Source: a virus (Duplodnaviria; Caudoviricetes). From it: a stretch of DNA of 54,042 nucleotides. The stretch spans positions 1-54,042 of the IMG/VR virus record IMGVR_UViG_3300032272_000017. One strand, written 5' to 3'. The position numbers and the translations under genes are program-made. The notes below the pieces were generated by a model. It did no database searches. It was not told the DNA's origin and was given only the letters and a program-made list of their open reading frames with translations. Each line of letters starts with the position of its first letter. Position 1 is the first letter of the stretch. Positions 27,515 through 36,993 of the stretch are shown here, in pieces.

Positions 27515-27964
27515 TTAAGTCCTCGTGCAAGTCCAAGTGGAGTTGCTGGTTGTTGCTAAAAGATTGCCGGCTATTGGCTGATCCCAAAACTTAAAGTAGA
27601 CCGTGCAAGTGTTGCTGCCGACAGATGCCTGAGAATTGTACCACACACAGCCGCCGCCGGATGCCTGCGTTCGTATGCCAGATACCGGACCGGTTGTGAA
27701 TGAGTTGGTGACGTTGACCACTTCGATATAGACATCAGAGGCCGAACCGGTGTCGAGCCATGCTCCCTGTGATATCGTTGGATTTGAACTTGCCGCCGCA
27801 TTTTCGTACTCTATTCCGTCTGCCTTGAACCCAATACCAACGTAGCACGTGCCTAAGCCGCGAGTATTGCTGTCACCGTTAGCTACGGGTGATACAGTTG
27901 CGAGTGGTGTTGAGGCGTCACCCGCTGCTGCACACGTACCGAAAGGGAATGCACTCATACTCAT
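27515..27964 (-). CDS. tail fibre tip/adhesin-like protein; paralog of the C-terminal domain of 31317..36326
   Basis: SNTRGLGTCY..ADGIEY..SQGAWLD..GNLLAT shared with that domain; ATGA-coupled to the fibre. Confidence 0.7.
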   Translation of the reverse strand: MSMSAFPFGTCAAAGDASTPLATVSPVANGDSNTRGLGTCYVGIGFKADGIEYENAAASSNPTISQGAWLDTGSASDVYIEVVNVTNSFTTGPVSGIRTQASGGGCVWYNSQASVGSNTCTVYFKFWDQPIAGNLLATTSNSTWTCTRT

Positions 27965-30855
27965 GCTGTTATCGCTGACCCCCAGATATAGTAAGTTGTT
28001 GTACCTGCTCGTCTGATTGTAGCTACGCCTCCAGGTCCGACAGTGCAGCCCCCAGCTGTGTCTACGCGCCCAGAGGTTGGGTCCATGTAGTAGAGAGTCG
28101 TACCAGTACCTTCAGTGATCGTAAGGTCACCTGAAGTGAAGCTATTCATAACAGTAACGATGCCCTCGACAGGGAAGTCCGAAGAGCCGCTGTCCTCTAG
28201 CGTCATAGTGTAAGCAGTACCGGAGGTCTTGTCCCAGAGCTGTCCGCAGTGTTGGGCGGCTAGCGTGAAGCTACTGTTGTTGTCTGCGCTACGGGGCAGA
28301 GTATTGAGCCCTACGTCATGAAGGTCACCGTCATGTGCCTCGATGCGCATTCCAGTAGTCTCACCAGTACCTAGGGTGCCAGTTGTGACTAGGTCGATCT
28401 GCCCCGTAGCACTAAAGCCTGCACTTACTATCGGAGCAGTAGAGAACGTCCACGCTCCAGAGATAGTCTCTGTTGATGTCTTGCCGACGAGGTTTGCTTC
28501 CGTGATGCCACCGTAGCTAGTAGCAGTAATCGCATCGAAGTCAGCGTCTACAGTACCTGCCTTAATAGCAGTAATGCCAGTGATATTCCAGTCAGTCGTT
28601 GTGGCGAACGCGGTGTTGAAGTCAGTACCGTCGTGGGAGAAGTCAGCATAATCGGTATTGGTGCTGTCCATGAACCGTAGCTTGTTGCCACTAAGGATTT
28701 GAGTAGCTGCGGCAGTAATATTGATGTTACCAGACGGGGCAAGATTCAGTGTAGTGCCGTTGATAGCATTGGTAGTACCGTTGAAAGTCCTGTCCCCCGT
28801 AACGGTTGCATCCTTTGCGTCAGAGCTGTAGTAGTGCCAAGACCCGAACACACCAGCGGCCACATAGCGTGAAGCAAGCAAGCCGCTGGCTGTTGGTAGC
28901 ACGAACTGATGGCGGTAGTCACCAGAAATAGTCTGATTGACCTCGAAGCCAGTCCAGTAGTTAGCACCAGAAGGTGCATTGGTAATAGCGAAACCACTTG
29001 AGATGGGCTTAATCGCACCATCATCACCTGCCAGCGCCGTGTCGAAGTCGGTAAGCGTAGTGGAATTGCTGAAGCCCTCGTCTATGTAGAAGGCATCTTG
29101 TACCGTAGTACCTGACGTCCCACCTTCTAGGTATAGCTGAGTGCCTCGTAGGTGCATGACAGTAGTGGTGTCGCCGACGTAGAACTGGTTATTACTCCAC
29201 AGGGTGATCATGTTGTAATCAGTGCCACCTGAGTTCTCCCAACGTAAGTACTTAGCGTTGGCGATTGACGGCTGGCCGGTGAGGTTGATGTCAGCCGAGA
29301 AAGTCCAAGCGCCTGATATAGTCTCAGCAGCTGTTCCGTCGAGTCCACCGCCGCCGCCTGTTCCTAGCTGGGTATCAGTCCCCGCATCGTCGGTGAACCA
29401 TAGCGTATTGGGCGTATCGTCCTTAACCCAGAGCTGACCGTAGCCAGCTTTGTCTGATGGGGCAATGGTTTGCTCCAATAAGAACAGGCTTCCGGCTGTA
29501 CCTACCTTAAGACCAGAGTCATTGATATACAACTCGCCGTCGCGGCGGAACGACAGTGGTTTTGACGAAGTTGAACCGACATAGCGGAACTCAACGTACT
29601 CATTGGCTGCGGATGGCTGCTGGTCCATGAATAGCGAGAATACGTCGCCAGACTGGGTCCCATACATTGCTAGGCCAGTGAAAGCAGTTGCGCCCCCTAT
29701 TGTGGCGTCAACTGTAAACGCTGCTGCTGCTGCTAAGGATGAAGAAGCTGGACTGAGCGTTAACTTGCCCCCGGAGCCGGTATAATCGTCTTGCATTGTT
29801 ACGGAGGTTGATGATTCTGTCCACGCGCCAGCTACCACATCCCAATAGAGTAGATGTCCTTCGGTAGTACCGTCGTCGATGCCACCGCCTGCAGCCTCTA
29901 GGCCGATTTCCCCTGTGCCGTTATCGTATGTCAGGACGAAGTTGTCTTGTCCTGCGCCTACCGTCTCATCTACGTTGAACGTATAGTTACCGGCTTTGAG
30001 GGTAGTGAGGCCGGTGATGTTCCAGTCTGTAGTGTTAGCAAACGCGGTGTTGAAGTCCGTACCGTCATGGGTGAACGTGGCTGTGTCTGTAGCGCCAGCG
30101 TCCTGGATCTCAAGACGGTCAATGTTATCGAGGCCAAAGCCGCCGCCATCTATGTCTTCAGTCCAAGGGGTCAGTGATCCGCCTGTTCCTAGCTGTGTCT
30201 CAGTGCCGGCGTCGTCGGTGAACCACAACGTGTTCGGCGTATCGTCCTTGACCCAAAGATAACCCAGCCCATCAAGTGCGGCGGGACCATCAGCTCGTTC
30301 TTGTAAGCGCAACGGTTTATCAAAACGCTGGGCTCCTAACCACTGGTTCTCTTTCTTGAACAGCGCGAAGTTCGTGAATTTGTTTCCGTCATAATATAGG
30401 AACTCATTCTTTACTGGCTTCGCTACATTAACGTCTTTCGAATCGTTAAGCTGAGTAGTTGACGAGACTGACCCAGACGTGGTTCCGGAACCACCAGCTC
30501 CTGGCTTCATAGGTTGTCGGGACGTGTCATTCTTAACAGGATCATTCTGCGTCGGGTTAAGCGTGGAGCCAGCTTTTTGTGAGACGTCCTTACCAAGAGT
30601 CTGCGAGATAAACGCAAACCGGCCTTTGACGTCAGCCTTAATTAAGCCGGCGTTTTCAAGCTCAGCGATTGTAACGAAGCGTTCTTTCGGCGCGCCTGAG
30701 TCGCCCTCATACATACGGAGGTGTTCTTGAATACCTTGTAGCGTGCGCGCAAGCTCGTCTTCCTTCACCACCGGGATTTCGACCGAGGGTAAGTTACGGT
30801 TCTTCTGACGCTCTTTTAGCGCCCTTGCTGCTGCGGTAAAGGTTGAGACGGTCAT
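27961..30855 (-). CDS. tail fibre protein (964 aa)
   Basis: Thr/Gly-rich, internal duplicated modules (LWVKDDTPNTLWFTDDAGT x2, HDGTDFNTAFA.TTDWNITG x2, ETISGAWTFS x2). Confidence 0.85.
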   Translation of the reverse strand: MTVSTFTAAARALKERQKNRNLPSVEIPVVKEDELARTLQGIQEHLRMYEGDSGAPKERFVTIAELENAGLIKADVKGRFAFISQTLGKDVSQKAGSTLNPTQNDPVKNDTSRQPMKPGAGGSGTTSGSVSSTTQLNDSKDVNVAKPVKNEFLYYDGNKFTNFALFKKENQWLGAQRFDKPLRLQERADGPAALDGLGYLWVKDDTPNTLWFTDDAGTETQLGTGGSLTPWTEDIDGGGFGLDNIDRLEIQDAGATDTATFTHDGTDFNTAFANTTDWNITGLTTLKAGNYTFNVDETVGAGQDNFVLTYDNGTGEIGLEAAGGGIDDGTTEGHLLYWDVVAGAWTESSTSVTMQDDYTGSGGKLTLSPASSSLAAAAAFTVDATIGGATAFTGLAMYGTQSGDVFSLFMDQQPSAANEYVEFRYVGSTSSKPLSFRRDGELYINDSGLKVGTAGSLFLLEQTIAPSDKAGYGQLWVKDDTPNTLWFTDDAGTDTQLGTGGGGGLDGTAAETISGAWTFSADINLTGQPSIANAKYLRWENSGGTDYNMITLWSNNQFYVGDTTTVMHLRGTQLYLEGGTSGTTVQDAFYIDEGFSNSTTLTDFDTALAGDDGAIKPISSGFAITNAPSGANYWTGFEVNQTISGDYRHQFVLPTASGLLASRYVAAGVFGSWHYYSSDAKDATVTGDRTFNGTTNAINGTTLNLAPSGNINITAAATQILSGNKLRFMDSTNTDYADFSHDGTDFNTAFATTTDWNITGITAIKAGTVDADFDAITATSYGGITEANLVGKTSTETISGAWTFSTAPIVSAGFSATGQIDLVTTGTLGTGETTGMRIEAHDGDLHDVGLNTLPRSADNNSSFTLAAQHCGQLWDKTSGTAYTMTLEDSGSSDFPVEGIVTVMNSFTSGDLTITEGTGTTLYYMDPTSGRVDTAGGCTVGPGGVATIRRAGTTTYYIWGSAITA

Positions 30856-30860
30856 GGGGT

Positions 30861-31304
30861 CTAACCCCCCGAGGCCAAGTCGAAGATGCTTTGGCCGAGT
30901 GTGATGCCTGTGACTCGATCAGTGCTTACGACTTCTATCTCGTATAGATTTGACAAGTATCCGCCGGGGATTCTCACTGGCTCGTCGTCAGTAATTGTAA
31001 GTGTAGTAATCAATGTCAGCGTGTTATCTAGCATTGCATAAAGCTTAACTATTAGCGAGTCGTATGAATCCGCCTCGACCATAAGCCCGCCGAGGTTTAT
31101 TTTCTTCGCAGCGCGCAGTCGGCCTGAGCGCCAAGTATAAGTCATGTTGGACGCCGCGTCGCCTTCCCATTCTATGATGTTCGACAGATCCGTTAAGTAC
31201 AGCGTATCTGTCTCGATATCGAGATATACACCCGCAGCTTGGTCGTCTCCGACAGAGAGGCCGATTGAGTCGTCGTCTGGATCAAAAATTATTACGCCTG
31301 GCAT
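30861..31304 (-). CDS. C-terminal portion of tail nozzle/stabilisation protein, encoded separately
   Basis: GVIIFDP, YLDIETDTLY, WEG, YTWRSG, VRIPGGY resemble the distal end of podophage nozzle proteins. Confidence 0.6.
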   Translation of the reverse strand: MPGVIIFDPDDDSIGLSVGDDQAAGVYLDIETDTLYLTDLSNIIEWEGDAASNMTYTWRSGRLRAAKKINLGGLMVEADSYDSLIVKLYAMLDNTLTLITTLTITDDEPVRIPGGYLSNLYEIEVVSTDRVTGITLGQSIFDLASGG

Positions 31305-31316
31305 TAATCCATTTCC

Positions 31317-34300
31317 CTATGTGCGTTCAGCTGTGTATGTGTTTGTCGCGGAAGTAGCAAGCAGATTGCCACCACTCGCAGCATCATAGAAGCTAAAGTA
31401 GCAGGTTACCGAACTAGATCCAACACTCGACTGTACCTTGTAGAATACTCTAGATGTGTTTAGTTGCAGCCTGCCGAGAGGGCCAATGTCGAAAGCACCG
31501 ACAGTTTCAGTGACCTCAACCCACACCTCGGCCACTGTGCCGGAGTCTAACCAAGCGCCCTGACTATTGGTCGCTACGGGGTTGGCCGCGAGGTTAATGT
31601 ATTCGATTCCATCAGCGTTCCAAGTTACGCCCGAGTAGCAAGTACCAAGTCCTCTTGAGTTGCTTTTGCCGGGATTAACTGGTGATACTGCGGGACCCAC
31701 ATGCGTTATATCAAACGTGGGCGACGCAACAACCGCAATCGCACTGGTGGTAAGCGCAGCTGCTGGTATCGTAGCTGTGATCGTTTCGGTGGCACCAGTG
31801 TCGTACCCAGCGTCCGCTACGAGAGTGATCGTACAAACTGTGCTGCTCGTGCGTACCACTTGAGCGGTGGTCAGAGAACCATCTCGGATCTCGTTGTTCC
31901 ACCCGTTGGTTGGTGTGCCTGCTGCTGATATGCCATCAATGATCGCTTGTGTGTTAGCAGTCGATCCAATCGGACCAGTACCGGCTGCAAGCCACGTGTC
32001 ATTCGTAAGCGTCAGGATAATTGTCTTGCCGCCTGTAACTATGTCGTCTTCATCTATAGCTGCCGTGATTGTTCCTGTCAGTGCAGCAGTAGTAGCAGGC
32101 GGTGCGACCGAGTCGATAGTGAACGTAGGCGAGGCAACAGGCGCGCTGGCACTGATACTCAGGGCAGCAGCAGGGACTGTCGCAGTGACCGTCTCAGTCG
32201 ATGTATGAGTAATGTCATACCCTGCGTCTGCGACAAGGGTGATCGTAGCGACCGTGTCGCTGGTACGCACGACCTGAGCGGTGGTCAGAGAACCATCTCT
32301 GATCTCGTTGTTCCAACCGTTGGTTGGGGAAGACGCTGCTGTTATGCCATCGATGATCGCTTGCGTGTTAGCAGTCGATCCAATCGGGCCGGTGCCGGCT
32401 GCGAGCCACGTGTCATTCGTAAGCGTCAGGATAATTGTCTTGCCGCCTGTAACTATGTCGTCTTCATCTGAAGATGAAGTGATCGTTCCCGTCAGTGCTA
32501 CAGTAGTAGGACCAGCCTGTGCGAGCACATCAACCGTTGGGGACGCAGTGATTGCCCCTGCTGAGAGGACGAGAGCGGATGCGGGAACGGTGACTGTAAT
32601 GGTCTCGTTAGCGGTCGTGCTATAAGCCGCGGTTGCTGGGACAGTAACCGTAACGACCGTGTCGCTGGTGCGCACTACGTTGGTCGTGACCATCGAACCG
32701 TCACGAACCTCATTGTTCCAGCCATTGGTTTCTGATTGGGCAGAATCCAGGCCATCAATAATGTCTTGCCGGATTGCGTTGAACGCAGCACCCGCAGCTA
32801 CCCAAGTATCATTGGTCAGCGTGATTATGAATGTGTCGCCGCCTGCGACGATATCGGCTTGGTTCGGTGAGTCGGTTGTCATCGTTCCTGTTACAGCAGC
32901 GCTCACTACGCCTGCAGCAGTAACTTGGAACGTGGGAGACGCGACGACAGCACCAGCGGCGATAGTCAGTGCCTGCGTTGGTGCGGTGACCGTGATCGTC
33001 TCCGTAGCGGTAATGTCGTACGCAGCCTCGGCACCGAATGTTACTGTGGCGACCGTGTCGCTGGTACGTACAATATCGCCAGCTACAAGGTTCGCTTTCA
33101 CTTCGAGATCCCAGCCCGTGGTTTCAGACTGCGCTGAATCAATACCGAGTAACAGGAGCGAAGTATCGCTGCTGCTGCCTATCGGACCAGTACCGGCTAC
33201 TTTCCATGTTTCGTTAGCTAACGTCATGATGAGCGTCTTTCCGCCCGCAACTATATCTGCTTCGGTTGGAGGTGCCGAAATGATTGTTCCAGACAACGTA
33301 AGGGTTGCTGGTATCTGCGAAGTGATACCGAATGTGTTCGACACGACTAGCGCACCAGCGGCTGTGAGAACCGAGGCCGGGATCGTCATGCCGATAGTCT
33401 CGTCGGTATCTACGCTGTACGTAGCTTGAGCCGGTAGCGTGATAGTAGCAACTGTGCTGCTGGTACGTACCAAGTAAGTTGGATCTAGGTCGGCTGAGAC
33501 GACGTTATTCCAACCCAGCGTTTGCGACGTCGTAGCAATCAGTGCGTCGAGAAGTTCTTGCGACTGCGCGGTCGTGCCTATTGGGCCAGTCCCGGCAGCG
33601 ATCCACGTGTCATTCGTCAGCGTAATGATGATCGTCTCACTACCAGCGACAACCTCGGCCTCGGTTATTCCACCGTCTATGGCTGTGCCAGAGAAGAGAG
33701 CTGAGAGTGCGCCAGTTGCTATGATGCCGAGTGAGTTAATAGACACAGAGTCTTCGTCCTGCTGCAGCACCAAGGCTTCGTGTGGGATCGTAGCAGTGAT
33801 CGTCTCGTTGTTTTCTACAGCATAATTCGGCACTGCTGGTAACGTAACTGTCACCACAGTGTCACTCGTACGTACGACAGATGTCGTACTAATCAGCTGT
33901 GGCACCTCGTTGTTCCACCCGTTGACTTCGTTGGTAGAAGATTTTAGTCCGTCGATGATCGCCTGCAGCATCGCGGTGGTGAGGGTCGTCTGCCATGTGT
34001 CGTACGTCAGCGTGATGATGACCGTGTCGCCGCCTGTGACGATATCTGCTTCTGCAGCCCCACCGAGTGTGCCGGTGAGTGTTGAAGTCGCAATTATAGC
34101 GTTGGGCTCAATGGTGAACGTCTGCGTTGTAATATCAGTGTTCGAGATCAGCAAAGCGGCGTGCGGGATCGTAGCTCGGATAGTTTCAGCTTGTGATATG
34201 GCATACCCTGCAGAAGCTGGGAGCGTAATCGTAACAACCGTATCACTCGTGCGAACGACGTCAGTAACTCCGAGATCAGTGTCCCGAACGATGTTGTCCC

Positions 34301-36326
34301 AACCGAGTGTTTGTGGTGAGGCCGCTTCGTCCGAGAGACCATCGATGATGTTCTGACGCTGGTTATCGAAGCTCGTACCGGCCGCGATCCAGTTATCATT
34401 GGTCAGCGTAAGGATAACAGTCCTGCCACCGTCCGTGATATTCAGTTCGTCCGCGTCTGTGATCGTGCCAGAGACCTCGGCAGTTATTACATCGTCTACG
34501 GCACTTACGTCGAAGTCGTAGAATCCATAGTAACGTCCCTCATAGAACTCAGACACCATGTTACTCGGTGAATAAGTTGCCCAGTCTTCTTTGTCGAGCA
34601 GCGATTCCGTAGCGATACGAATTCCATTGACGCCAATCTCGATGAGTCCGTCAGGGGAAGCGTAATATACTTTATCGCCGGACGTTGCGATCGACTCTTT
34701 GTTGACACACGCTTGGTTAACTTTTATCGGTCGGACGTTGACGTTACGTGGATGCGAGCCGGTTATGATATACGGCCAGCCTTCTGTCAGTGCAACGACA
34801 GAGTTTCCGAAAGAAGCCAAGCCGACGATGTTGTAGTCCACCGCTTGGTCGTATTCCGCAGGGTAAGCGTGGGGGAAGAACGGTTCACAGAAGTGAAGTT
34901 GCTTGCCCACAAAGCCTACGAGCATGCCGTTGGGCATGGTCGTTATGCCTTTCATGGTGGCCGGTGGTGGATCCCAAGTTGTAGTCGCAATGACTTCGCC
35001 TAGGTCAACACTAGCAACCTCGTCCCTCGTGGTGCGAGATACATCAAACTCTTTCACAAACTGGTATTCAGTACCGGCCTCTGTAGAGTTGGTGCGGTAA
35101 AGTCGCATCTGCGTAATATCGTAGCCGATCGTGGGCGGCAAGGACATTTCTGACAATAGAACTGACGATCCGTCAAGCGCTTGTACGACGCTAGACGGCT
35201 CAGAAGGCGGACCTTCTTCGCCGAGACTGTTTACGTACGTGTATACGTACTGACGATCTTCTAACTCGCTTTGCGTCGAAGCAGCGCGATCAACGTCGTA
35301 GTAAAAGCTGCCGTAGATCTCCCACTGGGAGTCGCCTAGTACAGCTGACGGTGTGACGCTTACATCAGTTACGCGGAAGCGAGATGCGGCCATCTCAGAG
35401 AACAGGGTTTCTGTAGGCCAGTCCTGTTCGTAGAAATCGGTTGTTAGCGAGTTAAAGAACTGCGGGTATTGGTTAACCGCTGAAACAGTAAGCACGTCGC
35501 CCACGGTAAGTTCATGGTTATCGATGATGAGTTCCATGCCGACCGGGATGCGCCAGCCTATGAACTCAGCTTCTTGGTTCGGGCTCGTGCCCTGCTCATC
35601 CATTGGATGCCAGTCGAACGGCGTTGTTTTGTCCGAGTTTAGAGTGCGCATTGACACTCCGGGTTCGGAGAACGACTCGACAGTTATTTTGTTGGCGTTT
35701 ATGATAGATCGTACGCGGAACGACGTTCCTGGCTGTATATCAAATCCGATATAAGCGAGCGCTGCAGAGTTCGCGCGCCATGTTTGGTTACGGGTTCCTG
35801 TGCCCGGGTATACGGTCCAGTTAACGTAGTCAATTTTGAACTCGTCGCACTTAAAGCCTGACGCGAACCTGTCGTCAGCGGCTTGTTCTTCTGGCAAGCC
35901 CTGCGGTGTTACTGTCGGCGCAAGCGCTGGTGCCGGGACTCCGATATACAACCAGTCCTCGGGGTAAGGTCCACCACCACCTAAATCTGCTAACGCAGTA
36001 GTAGTGAGCTTCGGAGAGCCGTTGCCCGTCGTGTCGCCGGTGTAGTAGGTTCGCTCTAACGAGTCGTCCTTAACCGGCCCACGTGCTACATCGACGTAGT
36101 CATCCCACTCAAGCCATACTGGTGACCCAGCATTGTCAAACCGGTAAATCGTTCGGGACATGCGGCCGGAGCCAACTGCTTGTACAGTCGACTTGTCGGG
36201 GATAGGTTCTAAGTCCCCGGAGCCTAGCTTCAAGTTCTCCGCAATACTTGCCTGCCCAAGTCCTAACTTAGTGGCACTTACTTTCGGGCGTAGACCCTTA
36301 AAGACGTCTAGCTTAAAGCCCGCCAT
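31317..36326 (-). CDS. tail nozzle/stabilisation protein N-terminal part fused to seven ~135-aa repeats and a tip domain
   Basis: FKGLRP, YVYTYVNSLGEEGPPS, RLYRT, FCEPFFPHAYP, YASPDGL, followed by the repeat array; start moved to MAGFKL. Confidence 0.8.
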   Translation of the reverse strand: MAGFKLDVFKGLRPKVSATKLGLGQASIAENLKLGSGDLEPIPDKSTVQAVGSGRMSRTIYRFDNAGSPVWLEWDDYVDVARGPVKDDSLERTYYTGDTTGNGSPKLTTTALADLGGGGPYPEDWLYIGVPAPALAPTVTPQGLPEEQAADDRFASGFKCDEFKIDYVNWTVYPGTGTRNQTWRANSAALAYIGFDIQPGTSFRVRSIINANKITVESFSEPGVSMRTLNSDKTTPFDWHPMDEQGTSPNQEAEFIGWRIPVGMELIIDNHELTVGDVLTVSAVNQYPQFFNSLTTDFYEQDWPTETLFSEMAASRFRVTDVSVTPSAVLGDSQWEIYGSFYYDVDRAASTQSELEDRQYVYTYVNSLGEEGPPSEPSSVVQALDGSSVLLSEMSLPPTIGYDITQMRLYRTNSTEAGTEYQFVKEFDVSRTTRDEVASVDLGEVIATTTWDPPPATMKGITTMPNGMLVGFVGKQLHFCEPFFPHAYPAEYDQAVDYNIVGLASFGNSVVALTEGWPYIITGSHPRNVNVRPIKVNQACVNKESIATSGDKVYYASPDGLIEIGVNGIRIATESLLDKEDWATYSPSNMVSEFYEGRYYGFYDFDVSAVDDVITAEVSGTITDADELNITDGGRTVILTLTNDNWIAAGTSFDNQRQNIIDGLSDEAASPQTLGWDNIVRDTDLGVTDVVRTSDTVVTITLPASAGYAISQAETIRATIPHAALLISNTDITTQTFTIEPNAIIATSTLTGTLGGAAEADIVTGGDTVIITLTYDTWQTTLTTAMLQAIIDGLKSSTNEVNGWNNEVPQLISTTSVVRTSDTVVTVTLPAVPNYAVENNETITATIPHEALVLQQDEDSVSINSLGIIATGALSALFSGTAIDGGITEAEVVAGSETIIITLTNDTWIAAGTGPIGTTAQSQELLDALIATTSQTLGWNNVVSADLDPTYLVRTSSTVATITLPAQATYSVDTDETIGMTIPASVLTAAGALVVSNTFGITSQIPATLTLSGTIISAPPTEADIVAGGKTLIMTLANETWKVAGTGPIGSSSDTSLLLLGIDSAQSETTGWDLEVKANLVAGDIVRTSDTVATVTFGAEAAYDITATETITVTAPTQALTIAAGAVVASPTFQVTAAGVVSAAVTGTMTTDSPNQADIVAGGDTFIITLTNDTWVAAGAAFNAIRQDIIDGLDSAQSETNGWNNEVRDGSMVTTNVVRTSDTVVTVTVPATAAYSTTANETITVTVPASALVLSAGAITASPTVDVLAQAGPTTVALTGTITSSSDEDDIVTGGKTIILTLTNDTWLAAGTGPIGSTANTQAIIDGITAASSPTNGWNNEIRDGSLTTAQVVRTSDTVATITLVADAGYDITHTSTETVTATVPAAALSISASAPVASPTFTIDSVAPPATTAALTGTITAAIDEDDIVTGGKTIILTLTNDTWLAAGTGPIGSTANTQAIIDGISAAGTPTNGWNNEIRDGSLTTAQVVRTSSTVCTITLVADAGYDTGATETITATIPAAALTTSAIAVVASPTFDITHVGPAVSPVNPGKSNSRGLGTCYSGVTWNADGIEYINLAANPVATNSQGAWLDSGTVAEVWVEVTETVGAFDIGPLGRLQLNTSRVFYKVQSSVGSSSVTCYFSFYDAASGGNLLATSATNTYTAERT
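31700..34480 (-). repeat. seven tandem ~135-138-codon repeats (DIV.GG.T.I.TL.NDTW ... GW.N ... VRTSDTV.TITL ... Y....ETI) within the nozzle gene
   Basis: VRTS motif occurs 7 times; the last two units are 414 nt apart with about 65 identical nt (31991-32055 vs 32405-32469); boundaries approximate. Confidence 0.9.
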
Positions 36327-36993
36327 ACGCCATCTCATCCTTTGGTTGACCAAAGTCGGATTGCGCACGAGACTTAGCCTTCAGCACCCCGATACCGTAT
36401 ATGTTGCCATAGAACACTGCCATCTGCGGGTCAGACCAGTCTTTCCCGGGCTGCTTCATAAGTTGTGTGAGCACCCCAGCTTTAAGGGTCTCTTCAAATT
36501 CGTAATACCAAGAGTCCGGCAGAGTGTCGGTCATGTCCGTGAACACTGGCGCGATCACAGCTCGAACCAACAATGACGTCGATACAGTGGCTGTAGTCTG
36601 CGGAATGATTATCGCAGCCCCATCGTTACCATGAGTCCACGCTTTCGGCGACGAGCCGGTTTCTGTGTACCAGTCAGGGTTTGAACGATCGAGTTGGTCA
36701 CGGGTTTTGAATGGGATCTCTGTGTCCCAATCAGTTCCGTCAGCGTCATACATGATTGTGTCGACACGCTTCACTATCGTATTGGCCGGTATATCGACGC
36801 CGGGGACGGGTGTTGGGATCTCAAGCTGATTCAGTGTCCAATCGAGTCCATTGTCGTATGTGTACTTCCATGCCTCAGACTCCCAAAAGAACTGACGAAT
36901 GACACGGTACACCGCCGCGTTGAGAATCGGGGTGAGTATGTTCGGCAACTCCGTTCTGAGTTCCGGGGTCATTGTGCTGATAGCTACGGCCAT
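36313..36993 (-). CDS. head-tail adaptor / tail tubular protein
   Basis: Position; LMKQPGKDWSDP motif. Confidence 0.7.
   Translation of the reverse strand: MAVAISTMTPELRTELPNILTPILNAAVYRVIRQFFWESEAWKYTYDNGLDWTLNQLEIPTPVPGVDIPANTIVKRVDTIMYDADGTDWDTEIPFKTRDQLDRSNPDWYTETGSSPKAWTHGNDGAAIIIPQTTATVSTSLLVRAVIAPVFTDMTDTLPDSWYYEFEETLKAGVLTQLMKQPGKDWSDPQMAVFYGNIYGIGVLKAKSRAQSDFGQPKDEMAYGGL

Noticed and set aside
27515-31690. Duplicated tip domain as a diversity-generating retroelement TR/VR pair
   Set aside because: No reverse transcriptase is in the window, and the two copies are far too diverged for an adenine-specific TR/VR pair.
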